From contig OY761158.1 in NCBI GenBank assembly GCA_963664405.1, positions 2,656,001 through 2,720,000 of the forward strand: a stretch of DNA of 64,000 nucleotides. Reading direction: 5' to 3'. The notes under the pieces were generated by a model. That model was given only the letters and a program-made list of their open reading frames with translations, was not told where the DNA came from and did no database searches. The translations under genes were made by a program, and so were the position numbers. Below are positions 8,941 to 20,830 of this stretch, piece after piece. Numbering within the stretch: position 1 is the stretch's first letter; each line of letters opens with the position of its first letter. This DNA is from Thermoanaerobaculia bacterium (lineage in GTDB: Bacteria > Acidobacteriota > Thermoanaerobaculia > Multivoradales > Multivoraceae).

Positions 8941-11900
8941 GTGAACCATTCAATGCAAAGGATCTTGACTCTACTTCTGGCGGTCGTTGCTGCAACGCTC
9001 GCGCGAGCCCAGGATCAGCCTCCTTCTCTAGACGAGACCTGCCTTGTCAGCGCGCTCAATCGAAGCGCACGGGTCCGCGAAGACGGTAGCTGGGTGCTCC
9101 CCAATGTGCCCTCAAACTTCGGCCAGATCCGCGTCCGCGCCACCTGCCTCGACGGAGGTGTCTCGCGCTCAGGGCAGTCGGGATTCTTCACTCTTCCCTT
9201 CGGCGGCGTCGCTCGGGTCGCGGACATCGCATTCGACAGTCCACAACAGATCCCCTCTACACTATCGATCGCATCGCCGGTCGCCGTGCTCAACGCCGTC
9301 GGTGAGACCGTGGCGCTACTCGTCACAGCCACCTTTGCCGATGGGTCGACAGGCGACGCAACTCCCAGCGCGTCGGGCACCAACTACCGGAGTAGCAACC
9401 CTGCAACCGCGACGGTGAGTGCGCAGGGCCTGGTCAGCGCGGTTGCCAGCGGAACAGTCTTGATCAGCGCTACGAACGAGGGAGCGCTGGCGCTGCTCCA
9501 GCTCCGCGTGTCAGCCGGGGCCGACTCCGACGGCGACGGCCTTCCGGACGACTTCGAGATCGACAACGGACTGGACCCCAACAACCCTGCCGACGCCCTC
9601 GAGGATCGCGACGGCGATGGCCTTGCAACTCTGGACGAATTTCAAAGGGGGCTGGACCCCTTCAACCCCGACACCGATGGTGACGGCCTCTTCGACGGCG
9701 CCGAAGTCAAGGATCTGGGTACCGACCCGCTTCTCTTCGATAGCGACGACGACGGGATCTCCGATGGCCTGGAGCTCAGCACCGGAACAGACCCTCTCGA
9801 CTCCAACAGTTTCAACTACGCGGCGGTGCTCGTCTCGCTCGAGGTCCAGCCGCCGACCTTCGCCCTGATCTACGACACCATCAGGCCCGAGGCTTCGATC
9901 CAACTGACCGCGATCGGTCGACTCACCGACGGAACCTCGGTCGACCTCAGCTCACCGAGCCGAGGCACGTCTTATCTGTCGAGCGACCTCGGTGTCTGTA
10001 GCTTCAGCGCTGAGCCCGCTCGGATCTTTGCAGGCATTCCGGGCGATTGCACGATCAGCGCCGTGAACAGCGGATCGGTCGGTACCGCACACGGGCTCGT
10101 ACAAACCTTCTCGCCGGTGCTCGTCGGCAGTGTGGAGATTCCGGGAGGCGCCAACGATGTCGCCGTGGTGGGCGACTACGCGTTCGTCGCCGCCGGCGCC
10201 GCCGGCCTTCAGGTAGTAGACATCTCTGACCGACGCCTACCTACTGTCACTTCCGCAGCGGCCACTCCCGGCACCGCCAACGCCGTCACCGTCGACGGCC
10301 CTCTCGCCTACCTCGCCGATGGCGCTGGCGGGCTGCAGATCGTCGATGTCTCAGATCCTCTGTTCCCCTCTCCACTCGGCGGCCTACTCTTGCCCGGCGA
10401 CGCGCTAGGCATCGCAAACGCGCCCCCGATCACCGTCCTCGCCGACGGTAGCGGAGGGATCCAGATCGTCGACACCTCGGATCCTCAGCGCCCGACTTTG
10501 CTGGGAAGCGCGGCGACCTCCGCACCTGCCTTGGACGTAGAACTCGATGAGACCGCGACCACGGTCTTCGTCGCTGTGGGTGCGGCCGGTATCGAGGTGT
10601 TCAGCCTCGCGGTCCCGACGAACCCAGTGCGCTCAGGCGGCCTTCCGACTCCGGATGCGCGCGCGGTCGCCGTCAGAGGTGACTACCTCTTCCTCGCCGA
10701 TTTCGTCAACAGCTTCAGCGTCATCAATGTCCTCGACCCGGCTCTGCCCTTTCTCGAGGCGTCGACGAGCCCGCAGCTCACAGGGCTCGCGGTCGACATC
10801 GCCACCTACGACGACTTGGCTTTCGTCGCGGACATCGGCTTCTTTGCCAACGACGCCATTCCGATCGTCGACATCTCGACACCCCAAAGCCCAGTACCGA
10901 GGGCACTACTTCCGTTGGGCAGAGATGACCCCGGGCGTGCGGTTGTAGCGGATCAGAACTACGTCTACCTCGCAGCCGGGCGCCCTGGGACCGGCCGGCT
11001 CCACATTGGCCAGTACCTCTCACTCGACGATCCCTTCGCCGAGGCACCGACGATCACGATCACCTCACCCGACGACGGAGACCGAGTGTCGCCAGGGTCG
11101 GTGCTTCAACTCCGGGCCACCGCCGACGACGATGTCGGCATCCTGGCCGTCGACTTCCTCGTAAACGGCTCTCGGGTCGGGCGAGATCAGTCGCCGCCGT
11201 ACGGGGCGGGGTTTGTCGTCCCCGACGCAACAGGAGTCCTCAGCATCGGCGCCGAGGCCTTCGATTTCGCGGCGAATCGAACCCGCGCGAGGGAGGTTGA
11301 CGTGGCGATACTCGGGGTGGGGCAAACGACCATCACCGGCACTGTCGAAGACGCGCTGGGAGCCCCGGTGGCGGAGGCACTCGTGGTTCTGCCACAGGCG
11401 GCAAGCACGGTCTCAGACAGCGACGGAAATTTCACCCTGCTCGATATTCCGGTGGCCGGCGGCGCGGTCGTGGTGCTTGCCTCCGCCTTCATCGATGGCG
11501 CCAAGCACCGCGGCGCCTCCGCGCCGACCGTACTGGCAGTTGGGGGCACTACAGACGTCGGAGCCATCGCTCTGGAGCCCTTGGAGCTTCTGTACCCAGG
11601 TCCGCGGATTCTGAGCAGGAACGCCATCGCAATGGCTGAAGCGGACTTCGATCTCGACGGTCTCCGAGATCTCGCGATCGTTCACTCCACGGCGCAAGGC
11701 GGCGTTGAGATCCTGAGAGGGCGCGGCGATGGTCGGTACACGACCCCGCAGCGACAGGCCATCGTCGGCGCCGACTTCCTCGTCGCCGGCGATCTCGACT
11801 TGGACGGCGCTCCCGATCTCGTTGTCGGGTCGTCAACGAGCGGGCAGTTGAGTGTGCTCGTGAATGACGGCCTCGGCGCGCTCGAGATCCGCCAGGGCCT

Positions 11901-13677
11901 CGCCGCGGCGGGCTCACCTCGAGGCGGGAAGATGGGCGACTTTGACAGCGATGGGCTTGTTGACCTGGCGGTGGTTAACCGTGTCGGCAACGATGTGTCG
12001 ATTTTCCTCGGCAACGGCGACGGGTCTCTTCGAGCCCCGATCGAGATTCCAGTTGGCGGCTCCCCGGAAGATCTGGTCGTCACTGACTTCGATCACGATG
12101 GCCGTCTCGACCTCGCAACGCCGAATCGAGACGACCTGACCCTGAGCGTCGTACTCGGCGACGGCAAAGGCGCTTTCTCGAGCACAGGGCCGATACCGGT
12201 CGACTCGCTGCCGCTTCGTCTCGGAAGCGGTGATCTCGATGTCGACGGGATCACGGACCTCGTCTTTGCAACCGGAGACTCAGGCGCCTCCTCCGGCAGG
12301 AGAAGATTGTTCGTACAACTCGGGCTCGGCGACGGGTCGTTCGCCCTAGCCTCGACCGTCGGCGGCTCGATCGGCGGCACTCCCATCGCGATGGCGGTGA
12401 GCGACCTCGATGTCGACGGTTTCCTCGACGTCGTCGTCGCTCGTGACACGACGGCCGCCTGCGACGACCTTCGCATTCTCCGAGGCGATGGACGGGGCCA
12501 ATTCCCGTTCGGAGATATCCGAACCCTAGCCGACGGGTGTCGAATCCGCGATGTCGTCACCACTACCTCAGACCAGGACACCTTCCCGGATCTGGTGGCC
12601 CTCGACGAATGGGGTGCGACCACATATCTGGGCATCGGCGACGCCCTCTTCGAGTCCCTGACCGCAATGGGCAATGTCGGCGCCCCTCGCCAAGCCATTG
12701 CCAGCTTCGACATGGACCTCGACAGCCACCTGGACATCGTGAGCTTTCCCCTCTTCGGCTCTCCCCTGCTGTCGAAAGGCAACGGAGACGGCAGCTTCGA
12801 GAGCGCCGTGCCCGCCGGTGCCGGTCTCTCCAGTCGATCGATGGCGATCGGCTACATCGATGGGGACGGCGTTCCAGACATCATCGTCGCGCAGCTCGGC
12901 GACCTGGCAGTGCTCTTGGGTAACGGGGACGGCACATTCTCCTCGCCGATCTTGACTCCGACCCCGAGCGGGATCGGCTCTCTACTTCTCTCGGACCTCA
13001 CCAGTGACGGCGGGGTCGACGTCGTGGCCACGATCTCCAATCTCGATGCGGTGTTTGTCTTCGAGGGCCAGGGAGGCGGGGCCTTCGCGCTCGCAACGAC
13101 CCTGTCGACCGGGCTCTCTCCTCAATCAGCCGTGATCTCAGACTTCAGCGGAGATGGCCGCCAAGACCTGGCAACCGCGAACAAGGCCTCCGAGGACGTG
13201 TCGGTCTTCCTTGGTAACGGAGACGGCAGTTTCGGGCCCGAGCTTCGATTCGCGGCGGGAAACGACCCGGTCTCGATCACCTCGGCGGACTTCAATCTCG
13301 ACGGGATCCAAGATCTCGCTGTCGCCAACGGCCCCACTCGCGCGACCGAGTCCGATGGAGCATCTATTCTGCTGGGAAATGGCGACGGGAGCTTTCAGGC
13401 CGCCTCTCACCTCTCTGCGGACGGTAATCCAAGGCGAGTCACGGTCACCGACGCGGACGGCGACGGCGTCTCCGACCTCGTTCTGGTCAATAACGAAACC
13501 GACGACCTCACCCTAATCCTCGGTCGTGGCGACGGGAGCTTCGCGGCCCCTGAGCGCTTTCGCACCGGACAGGGGCCGGTCTGGATAGATGCGGCCGACA
13601 TCAACCATGACGGTCGCCCGGATCTGATCACCGCAGATGAGGATCACCGCCGCATTTCGATTCTTCTTCATCGCTGA
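8941..13677 (+). CDS. Giant secreted/surface protein: Ig-like, Asp-rich TSP3-like repeats, LVIVD repeats, FG-GAP/VCBS repeats
   Basis: Signal peptide [28 protein letters not shown] repeats, [19 protein letters not shown] repeats, many DFDxDGxxDL...LGNGDGSF repeats. Start at 8941 or 8953. Confidence 0.88.
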   Translation: MNHSMQRILTLLLAVVAATLARAQDQPPSLDETCLVSALNRSARVREDGSWVLPNVPSNFGQIRVRATCLDGGVSRSGQSGFFTLPFGGVARVADIAFDSPQQIPSTLSIASPVAVLNAVGETVALLVTATFADGSTGDATPSASGTNYRSSNPATATVSAQGLVSAVASGTVLISATNEGALALLQLRVSAGADSDGDGLPDDFEIDNGLDPNNPADALEDRDGDGLATLDEFQRGLDPFNPDTDGDGLFDGAEVKDLGTDPLLFDSDDDGISDGLELSTGTDPLDSNSFNYAAVLVSLEVQPPTFALIYDTIRPEASIQLTAIGRLTDGTSVDLSSPSRGTSYLSSDLGVCSFSAEPARIFAGIPGDCTISAVNSGSVGTAHGLVQTFSPVLVGSVEIPGGANDVAVVGDYAFVAAGAAGLQVVDISDRRLPTVTSAAATPGTANAVTVDGPLAYLADGAGGLQIVDVSDPLFPSPLGGLLLPGDALGIANAPPITVLADGSGGIQIVDTSDPQRPTLLGSAATSAPALDVELDETATTVFVAVGAAGIEVFSLAVPTNPVRSGGLPTPDARAVAVRGDYLFLADFVNSFSVINVLDPALPFLEASTSPQLTGLAVDIATYDDLAFVADIGFFANDAIPIVDISTPQSPVPRALLPLGRDDPGRAVVADQNYVYLAAGRPGTGRLHIGQYLSLDDPFAEAPTITITSPDDGDRVSPGSVLQLRATADDDVGILAVDFLVNGSRVGRDQSPPYGAGFVVPDATGVLSIGAEAFDFAANRTRAREVDVAILGVGQTTITGTVEDALGAPVAEALVVLPQAASTVSDSDGNFTLLDIPVAGGAVVVLASAFIDGAKHRGASAPTVLAVGGTTDVGAIALEPLELLYPGPRILSRNAIAMAEADFDLDGLRDLAIVHSTAQGGVEILRGRGDGRYTTPQRQAIVGADFLVAGDLDLDGAPDLVVGSSTSGQLSVLVNDGLGALEIRQGLAAAGSPRGGKMGDFDSDGLVDLAVVNRVGNDVSIFLGNGDGSLRAPIEIPVGGSPEDLVVTDFDHDGRLDLATPNRDDLTLSVVLGDGKGAFSSTGPIPVDSLPLRLGSGDLDVDGITDLVFATGDSGASSGRRRLFVQLGLGDGSFALASTVGGSIGGTPIAMAVSDLDVDGFLDVVVARDTTAACDDLRILRGDGRGQFPFGDIRTLADGCRIRDVVTTTSDQDTFPDLVALDEWGATTYLGIGDALFESLTAMGNVGAPRQAIASFDMDLDSHLDIVSFPLFGSPLLSKGNGDGSFESAVPAGAGLSSRSMAIGYIDGDGVPDIIVAQLGDLAVLLGNGDGTFSSPILTPTPSGIGSLLLSDLTSDGGVDVVATISNLDAVFVFEGQGGGAFALATTLSTGLSPQSAVISDFSGDGRQDLATANKASEDVSVFLGNGDGSFGPELRFAAGNDPVSITSADFNLDGIQDLAVANGPTRATESDGASILLGNGDGSFQAASHLSADGNPRRVTVTDADGDGVSDLVLVNNETDDLTLILGRGDGSFAAPERFRTGQGPVWIDAADINHDGRPDLITADEDHRRISILLHR

Positions 13678-13986
13678 AGCGGAGGGAGACAGCGCAATGA
13701 AAGTAAAAACCGGCGCCACCGCTCCGGGACAGGCGTGGGGCCGATTTGATCCCGCGGCGGCGAAACGCGCCCCCGGGGGCTCTACGAGCGAGATCGCCCA
13801 GGCCGGCAGTGCCCAGCGCGACAACGCGCAAGAGCAACCCCGAGAAACGAGACTCGTAACGGTCCCTCAAGAGTCGATGGTACGCTGAACCTCGATTCGA
13901 AAAACCAACGGCCCGAGCGCACACGCCACGGCTCTTGATCCAAGGTTCACGCCCAATAAGCTTCCAAGCGAGCGGTACACAACAAG

Positions 13987-14367
13987 GTGCACTCGAGCTC
14001 CCTGATCGCGCCGCTCTGGCGTTTGATCGAAGAGGCTCCCAACATCCTCGAGCTGAGGACCCAGAAGATCCTTCACCTCGACAACGTCCGTAGCGTCGTC
14101 AAGAACTCCTTCGTCATAAATTACGAGCGGCTCGCGGATGAGCCCGATCTCTTGCACGCAATGGCTCGTAACTTCGGCCTTCAGACAAAAAACTTCGCAA
14201 TCACCCCAGAGCCCAACTATCTCAGAGCGGGAGGTCGAAGGGATGAGCGGTTCGCACCGAAAGTCTATCCGCCGATCTCAGCGACCGATCTTCGTTTCGT
14301 CGACGAGACTCTCGACTGGGATGTCGAGCACGGCATCGGGTACAGCTCGAGCGACTATCGACGATGA
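13987..14367 (+). pseudogene. Probable 5'-truncated gene remnant, possibly the C-terminus of a sulfotransferase-like fold
   Basis: Protein-like composition (FVINYERL...LDWDVEHGIGY) but no convincing start. Confidence 0.35.
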
Positions 14368-14425
14368 GATCCAACGCCGACGTAACAGGCCATAGTCTGA
14401 CGGCCTCAATCCCAGGAGATCCGCG

Positions 14426-15517
14426 ATGAGCAACGAGTTCCTCTCTATCGAAGCCGAGCCCCTGCGCCGCCTCGCCGAGGCCATCGTTCGTGAAGGAGGT
14501 AGCAGCACCGAAGAAGCGGCCATCGTCGCTGATCATCTCGTGCGTGCCAACCTCGCCGGCCACGACAGTCACGGTGTCGGCATGTTGCCGGCCTATGTAC
14601 ATCTCCTCGGTGTGGGCCTGCTCAAACCCGGTGACGGCCCTGAGCTGATCAAGGATGACGGTGCCATCCTCCAATTCGACGGCTGCAGGGGGTACGGTCA
14701 GCGGGTTGGGAAAGAAGCCATGGAGGCCGCGATCGCACGATGCCGCGATACCGGGGTTGTGCTCATGTCGCTGCGCAACACCAGTCATCTGGGTCGGATC
14801 GGCACCTACGGAGAGCAGAGCATCGCCGCAGGGCTGGCCTCGATCCACTTCGTCAACGTAACCGACCACGCACCCTTGGTCGCGCCTTACGGGGGCAGCG
14901 ACGCTCGCTTCTCCACCAATCCCATCTGCCTTGCCATGCCCGGCACCGCAACGACAGAGCCAACTCTGCTCGACATGGCGACCAGCAAAGTGGCAATGGG
15001 GAAGGTACGAGTGGCGCACAACAAGGGGGTCGAGATGCCTCCCGAGTGCATCATCGATACCGAGGGCCAGCCCACCAACGACCCCGAGATCATGTTCCAA
15101 CAGCCGCGAGGTGCGCTACTACCCTTTGGTGCCCACAAAGGCTACGGCCTAGCGCTCTTTTGCGACCTCTTCGCCGGAATTCTCAGCGGCGGCTCCACCT
15201 TGCAGCCAGGGATCAAGAAGCAGGGCGGCATCATCAACCAGATGCTGACCATCGTCCTCGACCCTGAACGCCTGGTCGCTCGCGACTGGCTGGAGGAGCA
15301 GCTCGACGCCCTCATCGCTCACGTCAAGGGATCTCCGGCCGCCCAGCCTGACGAGCCGGTCCTGGTTGCCGGCGATCCGGAGCGCATGACCAGGAGCGAG
15401 CGGCTACGAGATGGCATCCCCATCGATGCACGTAGCTGGGATGAGGTCCTGGCAGCGGCGGAAACAGTAGGGATCGCGAGAGAGAAATCTCTGAGCCTCG
15501 CCGGACTCCAGGACTGA
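14426..15517 (+). CDS. Malate/lactate/ureidoglycolate dehydrogenase (Ldh_2 family, YbiC-like)
   Basis: ANLAGHDSHG, HLGRIG, STNP, LDMATS, GAHKGYGLAL. Confidence 0.92.
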   Translation: MSNEFLSIEAEPLRRLAEAIVREGGSSTEEAAIVADHLVRANLAGHDSHGVGMLPAYVHLLGVGLLKPGDGPELIKDDGAILQFDGCRGYGQRVGKEAMEAAIARCRDTGVVLMSLRNTSHLGRIGTYGEQSIAAGLASIHFVNVTDHAPLVAPYGGSDARFSTNPICLAMPGTATTEPTLLDMATSKVAMGKVRVAHNKGVEMPPECIIDTEGQPTNDPEIMFQQPRGALLPFGAHKGYGLALFCDLFAGILSGGSTLQPGIKKQGGIINQMLTIVLDPERLVARDWLEEQLDALIAHVKGSPAAQPDEPVLVAGDPERMTRSERLRDGIPIDARSWDEVLAAAETVGIAREKSLSLAGLQD

Positions 15518-15612
15518 TCGACTGACAGCATCAGTGTCTACGAGGTCGAATAACACCAGGCGCACACACGTAGTATTCAGTTGAGAACCCGGCACGTCAG
15601 TCCCGCCAATCT

Positions 15613-17046
15613 ATGAGCGACGCAATAAAGCTCGAAGGAGTCACTAAGACCTTTGGCAGAAAGGTCGCTGTCAGGGATCTGAGCCTCTCGGTTCCCAGCG
15701 GAGCCCTATACGGGTTCATTGGCCCCAACGGGGCCGGCAAGACGACCTCGATCCGCATGATCATGTCGATCCTGTTGCCCGACCGCGGCGCGGTGAGCGT
15801 GCTAGGCCACGGCTCGGCGTTCGAGGCCAAGGATCGCACCGGCTACCTTCCCGAAGAACGCGGCCTCTATCGAAAAATGAAGGTCGGCAGTTTCCTGCGC
15901 TTCCTCGGCGGCCTCAAGGGTCTGGGTGGCAAAGACCTGCAGCGGCGCATCCGCCGCTGGCTCGAGCGGGTCGAGCTCGGATATGTCGAGCACAAGAAAT
16001 GTGATGAGCTATCGAAGGGCATGCAGCAGAAGCTGCAATTCATCGCCGCCGTGATTCACGAGCCCGAGCTCCTCATTCTCGATGAGCCGTTCAGCGGCCT
16101 CGACCCCATCAACATGCGTCCACTGCGCGATCTCATCGCCGAGCAGCACCGGCAAGGAGCAACGGTCATCTTCTCCACCCACGTCATGGTGCATGCCGAG
16201 GAGATCTGCGATCACCTGGTCATGATCGACGGGGGCGAAAAGGTGCTCGACGACTCGCTTGCAAACATCCGGCAACGCCACGACCCGCGCTCCATCTGGT
16301 TCGAGCCGCTCGATGCCGCGGCCGATATCGAGCCTCTGGGGCGCATCCCAGGGGTCGAGCGGGTCGAGGCGGTTGACGAGCGCTACGAGATCGGTCTGGC
16401 GGAGAGCGCCGATGTCGCCAGGATCATGCGCGATCTGGTCAACGCCGTTCCGACGGCGGCAGTCGAACTGCGGCGGCCGACACTCGAGGATGTCTTCGTA
16501 GAGATCGTCGGCCTCCGGCCTAGAGCCGGAGGCGGTGCAGAGACTGACCGCGGTGCGTCGCACCCGTTCGATCACGGTCACCGCGGAAGGCGAGCAGGAG
16601 ACCAACAAAGTGCTGAACACTCTGCTGCCTGGAGCGTTCATGGTGTTGCTTCTGATGTCGGTCTTGACCAGTGGGCAGAACATGATGACCAACACCATCG
16701 AAGAGAAGTCCTCGCGAGTCGTCGAGGTGCTGCTCAGCGCGGTCTCACCGATGGAGCTAATGACCGGCAAGATCTTCGGCCAGATGCTGGTCGGCTTCGT
16801 CGTGCTGGCCCTCTACGCGGCGATGGGAATCGCGGCGCTCGTCAGCTTTGCCGCCCTCGGCCTTCTCGATCCGATGCTGCTGATCTATCTGCTCCTCTTC
16901 TATCTCATCGCCTACTGCTACATCGCCTCGATGATGGGCTCGATCGGCGCCGCGGTCAACGAGCTACGCGAAGCTCAGGCGTTGATGACACCGGTGATGC
17001 TGGTGATCATGATTCCGTGGCTGCTGTGGCTACCGATCACTCGTGA
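15613..17046 (+). CDS. ABC-2 transporter ATP-binding protein; the recognisable domain ends near 16510 and the tail is read-through
   Basis: GPNGAGKTT, LSKGMQQK, ILDEPFSGLD, PTLEDVFVEIV, then low-complexity sequence overlapping the permease frame. Confidence 0.85.
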   Translation: MSDAIKLEGVTKTFGRKVAVRDLSLSVPSGALYGFIGPNGAGKTTSIRMIMSILLPDRGAVSVLGHGSAFEAKDRTGYLPEERGLYRKMKVGSFLRFLGGLKGLGGKDLQRRIRRWLERVELGYVEHKKCDELSKGMQQKLQFIAAVIHEPELLILDEPFSGLDPINMRPLRDLIAEQHRQGATVIFSTHVMVHAEEICDHLVMIDGGEKVLDDSLANIRQRHDPRSIWFEPLDAAADIEPLGRIPGVERVEAVDERYEIGLAESADVARIMRDLVNAVPTAAVELRRPTLEDVFVEIVGLRPRAGGGAETDRGASHPFDHGHRGRRAGDQQSAEHSAAWSVHGVASDVGLDQWAEHDDQHHRREVLASRRGAAQRGLTDGANDRQDLRPDAGRLRRAGPLRGDGNRGARQLCRPRPSRSDAADLSAPLLSHRLLLHRLDDGLDRRRGQRATRSSGVDDTGDAGDHDSVAAVATDHS

Positions 17047-17290
17047 TCCGAACTCGACCTTCGCAACCGTCACCAGCTTTGTGCCCCCTATCAACAGCTT
17101 CGTGATGTTGCTTCGCATCACCTCTACCGACCCGCCGCCGACCTGGCAGATCTGGCTCTCGATCACAATCGGTGCCGTCGGCGTCTACTTCGCCCTACGG
17201 ATCGCCGCCAAGATCTTCCGCATCGGGCTCCTGATGCACGGCAAGCCACCCAACCTCGCCACCCTCCTGCGCTGGGTGAGGCAAGCGTAG
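16511..17290 (+). pseudogene. ABC-2 (NatB-like) permease lacking its N-terminal part
   Basis: IEEKSSRVVEVLLSAVSPMELMTGK and C-terminal TM helices are present; the first TM helix and most of the extracellular domain are absent. Confidence 0.75.
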
Positions 17291-17324
17291 CCAGCCGCCG
17301 ATCCCACCTTCTCTCTGAAGCGCA

Positions 17325-18089
17325 TCACCCTCTCGGGCGAGACTTCGGGCCGCCTTCGAAAGGTGCTGAATGGAGCAACATGTGGGCCGGGCCATGAGGG
17401 CCGTTGATGGCGGCGTTCTCGCCGTAGATGTGCTCCTTCATAGTGCGGAACACTTCGCGGTTCTTTCCCAGCCGGGCAAGCTCCTGTGCTGTCTCGACCG
17501 CGCGCTCCCGAATCTCCTCGAGAGAGGCAGTCTGCTGAACGATGCCGGCGTCGAGGGCGTCGGGCCCGGTCCATCGCTTGGCGAGCTGCACGGTCTGGAG
17601 GAAGGCGCCGGCAGGCACTTTGGCGCGGAAGAGAGCGAGCTCTTCATCGGGGATCGTCATACCGAGCTCCACTTCGTTGGCGCACACGAAGCCGCGGTCC
17701 TCGCGCATGACGCGCAGGTCATGGCTCAGCGCGAACATGAAGCCGGCGCCGAAAGCATGGCCGTTGATCGCTGCGACGGTGGGAATGGAAAACATCATCA
17801 GCCGACCGAAGAGCGCCATCACCTCCACACTGAACACACTCCGATCGCCACCCGGGTGCTCGCTCGAAGGCTCCGACATCATCCACTCGAGATCGAGCCC
17901 ATTGGAGTAGAACTTGGCATTGTCGGAGGCGGTGACCAGCGCTGCGGGTCCCTCGGACGCCTCGACCTCGTCGAGTGCTTGGACGACCGCGCGTGTGAAC
18001 GTCGTATTCCAGCGATTCTCGTCAGCCGCCATCGTGAGGACGAAGACGTCGCCCTGCTTCTCCAGTCGTATCAGCTCCTGGTCGCTCAT
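17325..18089 (-). CDS. Enoyl-CoA hydratase/isomerase family protein
   Basis: KFYSNGLDL, PTVAAINGHAFGAG. Confidence 0.9.
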   Translation of the reverse strand: MSDQELIRLEKQGDVFVLTMAADENRWNTTFTRAVVQALDEVEASEGPAALVTASDNAKFYSNGLDLEWMMSEPSSEHPGGDRSVFSVEVMALFGRLMMFSIPTVAAINGHAFGAGFMFALSHDLRVMREDRGFVCANEVELGMTIPDEELALFRAKVPAGAFLQTVQLAKRWTGPDALDAGIVQQTASLEEIRERAVETAQELARLGKNREVFRTMKEHIYGENAAINGPHGPAHMLLHSAPFEGGPKSRPRG

Positions 18090-18367
18090 CCCTTCTCCTC
18101 AACGAGGAATGCGAACCAACCCCGACTCGGTGTCATCGGCGAAGGGTAACACCTGACCGTCACGAGTCTCGACTTTGACCCCCTGTCGTCCCCGGATTAT
18201 CCCTGCGACGCTCACCGCTAAGCGCCCAGAACGGGGGACTCACCAAGCGCACGAATGTTTAGGCGGTTCGATCTATGCGTGTCGTGTGCCGCCACATTTT
18301 GCGACATCTCGACAGAGCTAGACCGTGCCCGACTTCTAGTCACTCACCCAAGAATCTCCCGGGGCCC

Positions 18368-19417
18368 TCAGCGTGCGGAGGGTCGGTAAGGATCTGGAGT
18401 TCCTGGCTCGATCGGCGGCTCGGCCTGTAATGAGGTCAGATGCTCCGTGAGGATCTCGCTCATAGGCCAGCGAACCCAGAAGTGGCCGGCCGTTGCCTTG
18501 GTCAGGGGGTACTCCTCTTTCGGATCGCTGTACAGGTTGTAGAAGCGCGGAAAGTCGTAGGTCCTCTTAGCGTCCGTGCCGCGCTCAACTTCCTTGAACA
18601 TCATCTTCCAATTACGCCACTTCACGCCAAAGAGATCGTTTCCCACGTAAACGATCAAAGCATCTCGGTTCGACTTCTCTTTCTTCCCCATTAAGAAGTC
18701 TGATTGGTCGATACTGTCGATGGCGCGATCGGTCGGCACTTCCCCTCCGGCGAGGTTTGGGAAGGTAGCGAACATGTCGATCTCGTGCACGATCTCGTTG
18801 GAGACGGCTCCAGCTGGCACCATCCCTGGCCAGCGGATGATGAAGGGCACCCGTAGACTGCCTTCCAAACCGGTGAAGTAGCTGCCGCGCCAAGGCCCGC
18901 CCCATCCGTTGTGTCCCGGTAGCATCTCTGGCCCGTTGTCTGAGGTAAAGACGAAGATCGTCTCGTCCCGGATGCCGAGCTCGTCCAGAGTGTCCAGCAG
19001 TTCACCGGTATAGGCGTCAATCTGCATCAACACGTCCCCCCAGTCACCGTTGCCACTCTTGCCGCGAAACTCCTGACTCGGCACGACGGGCATGTGGGTC
19101 TGGGTGTACGGCAGGTACGCGAAGAAGGGTTTCCCCGCCCCCGCCTGTTCTCGGATGAACGCCTTCGCTCGGTCAGTAATCTCCCGGTCGATCTCGGGTC
19201 GCAGCTTCGAATCGAAAATCTTGACCTGCGTAGGCTCCTCGCCCTTCTTGCCGTCATAGACGTACTCAGGTACGACATAGGGGCTGAGCCCCTCGGCAAC
19301 GACTGCATTGAACTGGGCCTGGTCCGGTCACAGGCTCTCGTCGGTCGAATTCGGGATTCCGTACCATTCGTCGAAGCCCTGATCCGTTGGGAAACGCCCT
19401 TCGGTGTGGCCGAGGTG
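18368..19417 (-). pseudogene. Arylsulfatase, 5'-truncated with an internal TGA
   Basis: HLGHTEGRFPTDQGFDEWYGIPNSTDESL*PD..., KPFFAYLPYTQTH, FTSDNGPE, EGSLRVP; the N-terminal CxPxR region is missing. Confidence 0.85.
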
Positions 19418-19420
19418 TGC

Positions 19421-20048
19421 GCTCGGCTACCTCTCGCGCGAGGAGATCCAAGCACTCCTCGAAGCCCCCGATCGCTCCACACCGTCTGGACGGCGCGACG
19501 CGGTCCTCTTCGCCGTCCTCTACAACACCGGCGCACGGGTCTCGGAGATCACGGGCCTGCGCGTCTCCGACGTCCTCCTCGATCGCGCCTCCCTCCTACT
19601 GCACGGCAAAGGACGCAAAGAGCGCGTCGTCCCCCTCTGGAAATCCACCGCCAGTCAGCTGCGTGCGTGGCTATCACGCATCGAGCGGAGCCCTGACGCG
19701 CACGTCTTCCCGAATCGCACCGGCAAACGACTGTCGCGCTCCGGTGTCGAACACCGACTACGCGTCGCGGTCTCGACCGCCACGCTGCGATGTCCCTCTC
19801 TCGCCGCCAAACGGGTCTCGCCCCACACCCTGCGACATACCACCGCCATGCACCTGCTCCAGGCCGGGGCCGACATCACCGTCATCGCCCTGTGGCTTGG
19901 CCATGAAAGCACCGACACCACTCATCTCTATATCGAAGCCGATCTCAAGATGAAGCAAGACGCCCTCCAGCGCATCGATGACCCCGCACCCGCGCCGTTG
20001 CGCTTCCAGGCGTCTAATCGACTCCTCGCCTTCCTTGAGGCGCTCTGA
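19421..20048 (+). pseudogene. Tyrosine recombinase catalytic domain, 5'-truncated third gene of a RIT element
   Basis: LYNTGARVSE, HGKGRKER, PHTLRHTTAMHLL, WLGHES, TTHLY; ends LLAFLEAL. Confidence 0.82.
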
Positions 20049-20131
20049 CTATGCCGAGTACTACTCCTCTCAAACGCCCGCAAATACGCGCTCCACCAGC
20101 TCAACTCCGCATAGTCAGGAACTCGGCATAG
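20049..20131. repeat. RIT element terminal motifs
   Basis: ctatgccgagt (20049-59) inverted to actccgcatag (20104-14) and actcggcatag (20121-31). Confidence 0.65.
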
Positions 20132-20246
20132 CACCCAGAAAGACGACAAAACCGCTCAGCGAGGACTTATGCAGTTCCAGCTATTGGTGGTCGAGTACCT
20201 AGGCCATTCGGCTTCGGCCTCACAGATCCGTGCTCGAAGATTTCCC

Positions 20247-20830
20247 TCACACGGCTCTTCTCGAAGGTAACCCAAGGCTAGCAAAGAGATCTCCCTGGAC
20301 GGTGGGTAGTCGAGGTCTCGGAAATGGAAATCGGCGCAGGACCTGCTTCTTGTAAGTCTCCCAGTTCAGCGACCGTCGGCTTCGACGACGAAGCCATCGG
20401 TACCAGATCCGGGTCACCTGGTAGTGAAACGAGGCCAAGGCCCGCTGGTTGTTCGGCAAACCGTAGTACCGGTAGTGACCGCGCAGCACGCTGCAGAGCC
20501 AGCGATGCTGCTCGGCCAGGGGCCGATGCATCCGGCGCCGGGCTTCCAGTCGGACCTCCCGCAGTTTCCGCGACAGCCGCTTCGACTGCGTCTTGCGCTT
20601 GCAGACGAATCGCCCATCCCGAGTCCACCCACAGTAGTGCGTGAGGCCCAGGAAGGCGAAGGTCGAGGGGCGACGCTGCCCGAGCCGCTGTCGGCGCAGG
20701 GCTGGAAGCCGACCGAATTCGATCAGCCGCGTCTTCTCCGAGTGGAGCTCCAGGGAAAACTCCCGAAGGCGTTTCTCCAAAGCCACCCGCAGTCTTTCTG
20801 CATCGTCCCGGTACTGAAAGCCCATCACGA
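20247..20830 (-). CDS. Intron A RT/maturase, exon 2
   Basis: (F)VMGFQYRDDAE...EKTRLIEFGR...TFAFLGLTH...LRGHYRYYG. Confidence 0.85.

Noticed and set aside
11600-13677. Regularly spaced DNA repeats (ggcaacggcgacgg-like)
   Set aside because: They are coding FG-GAP repeats, not a CRISPR array.
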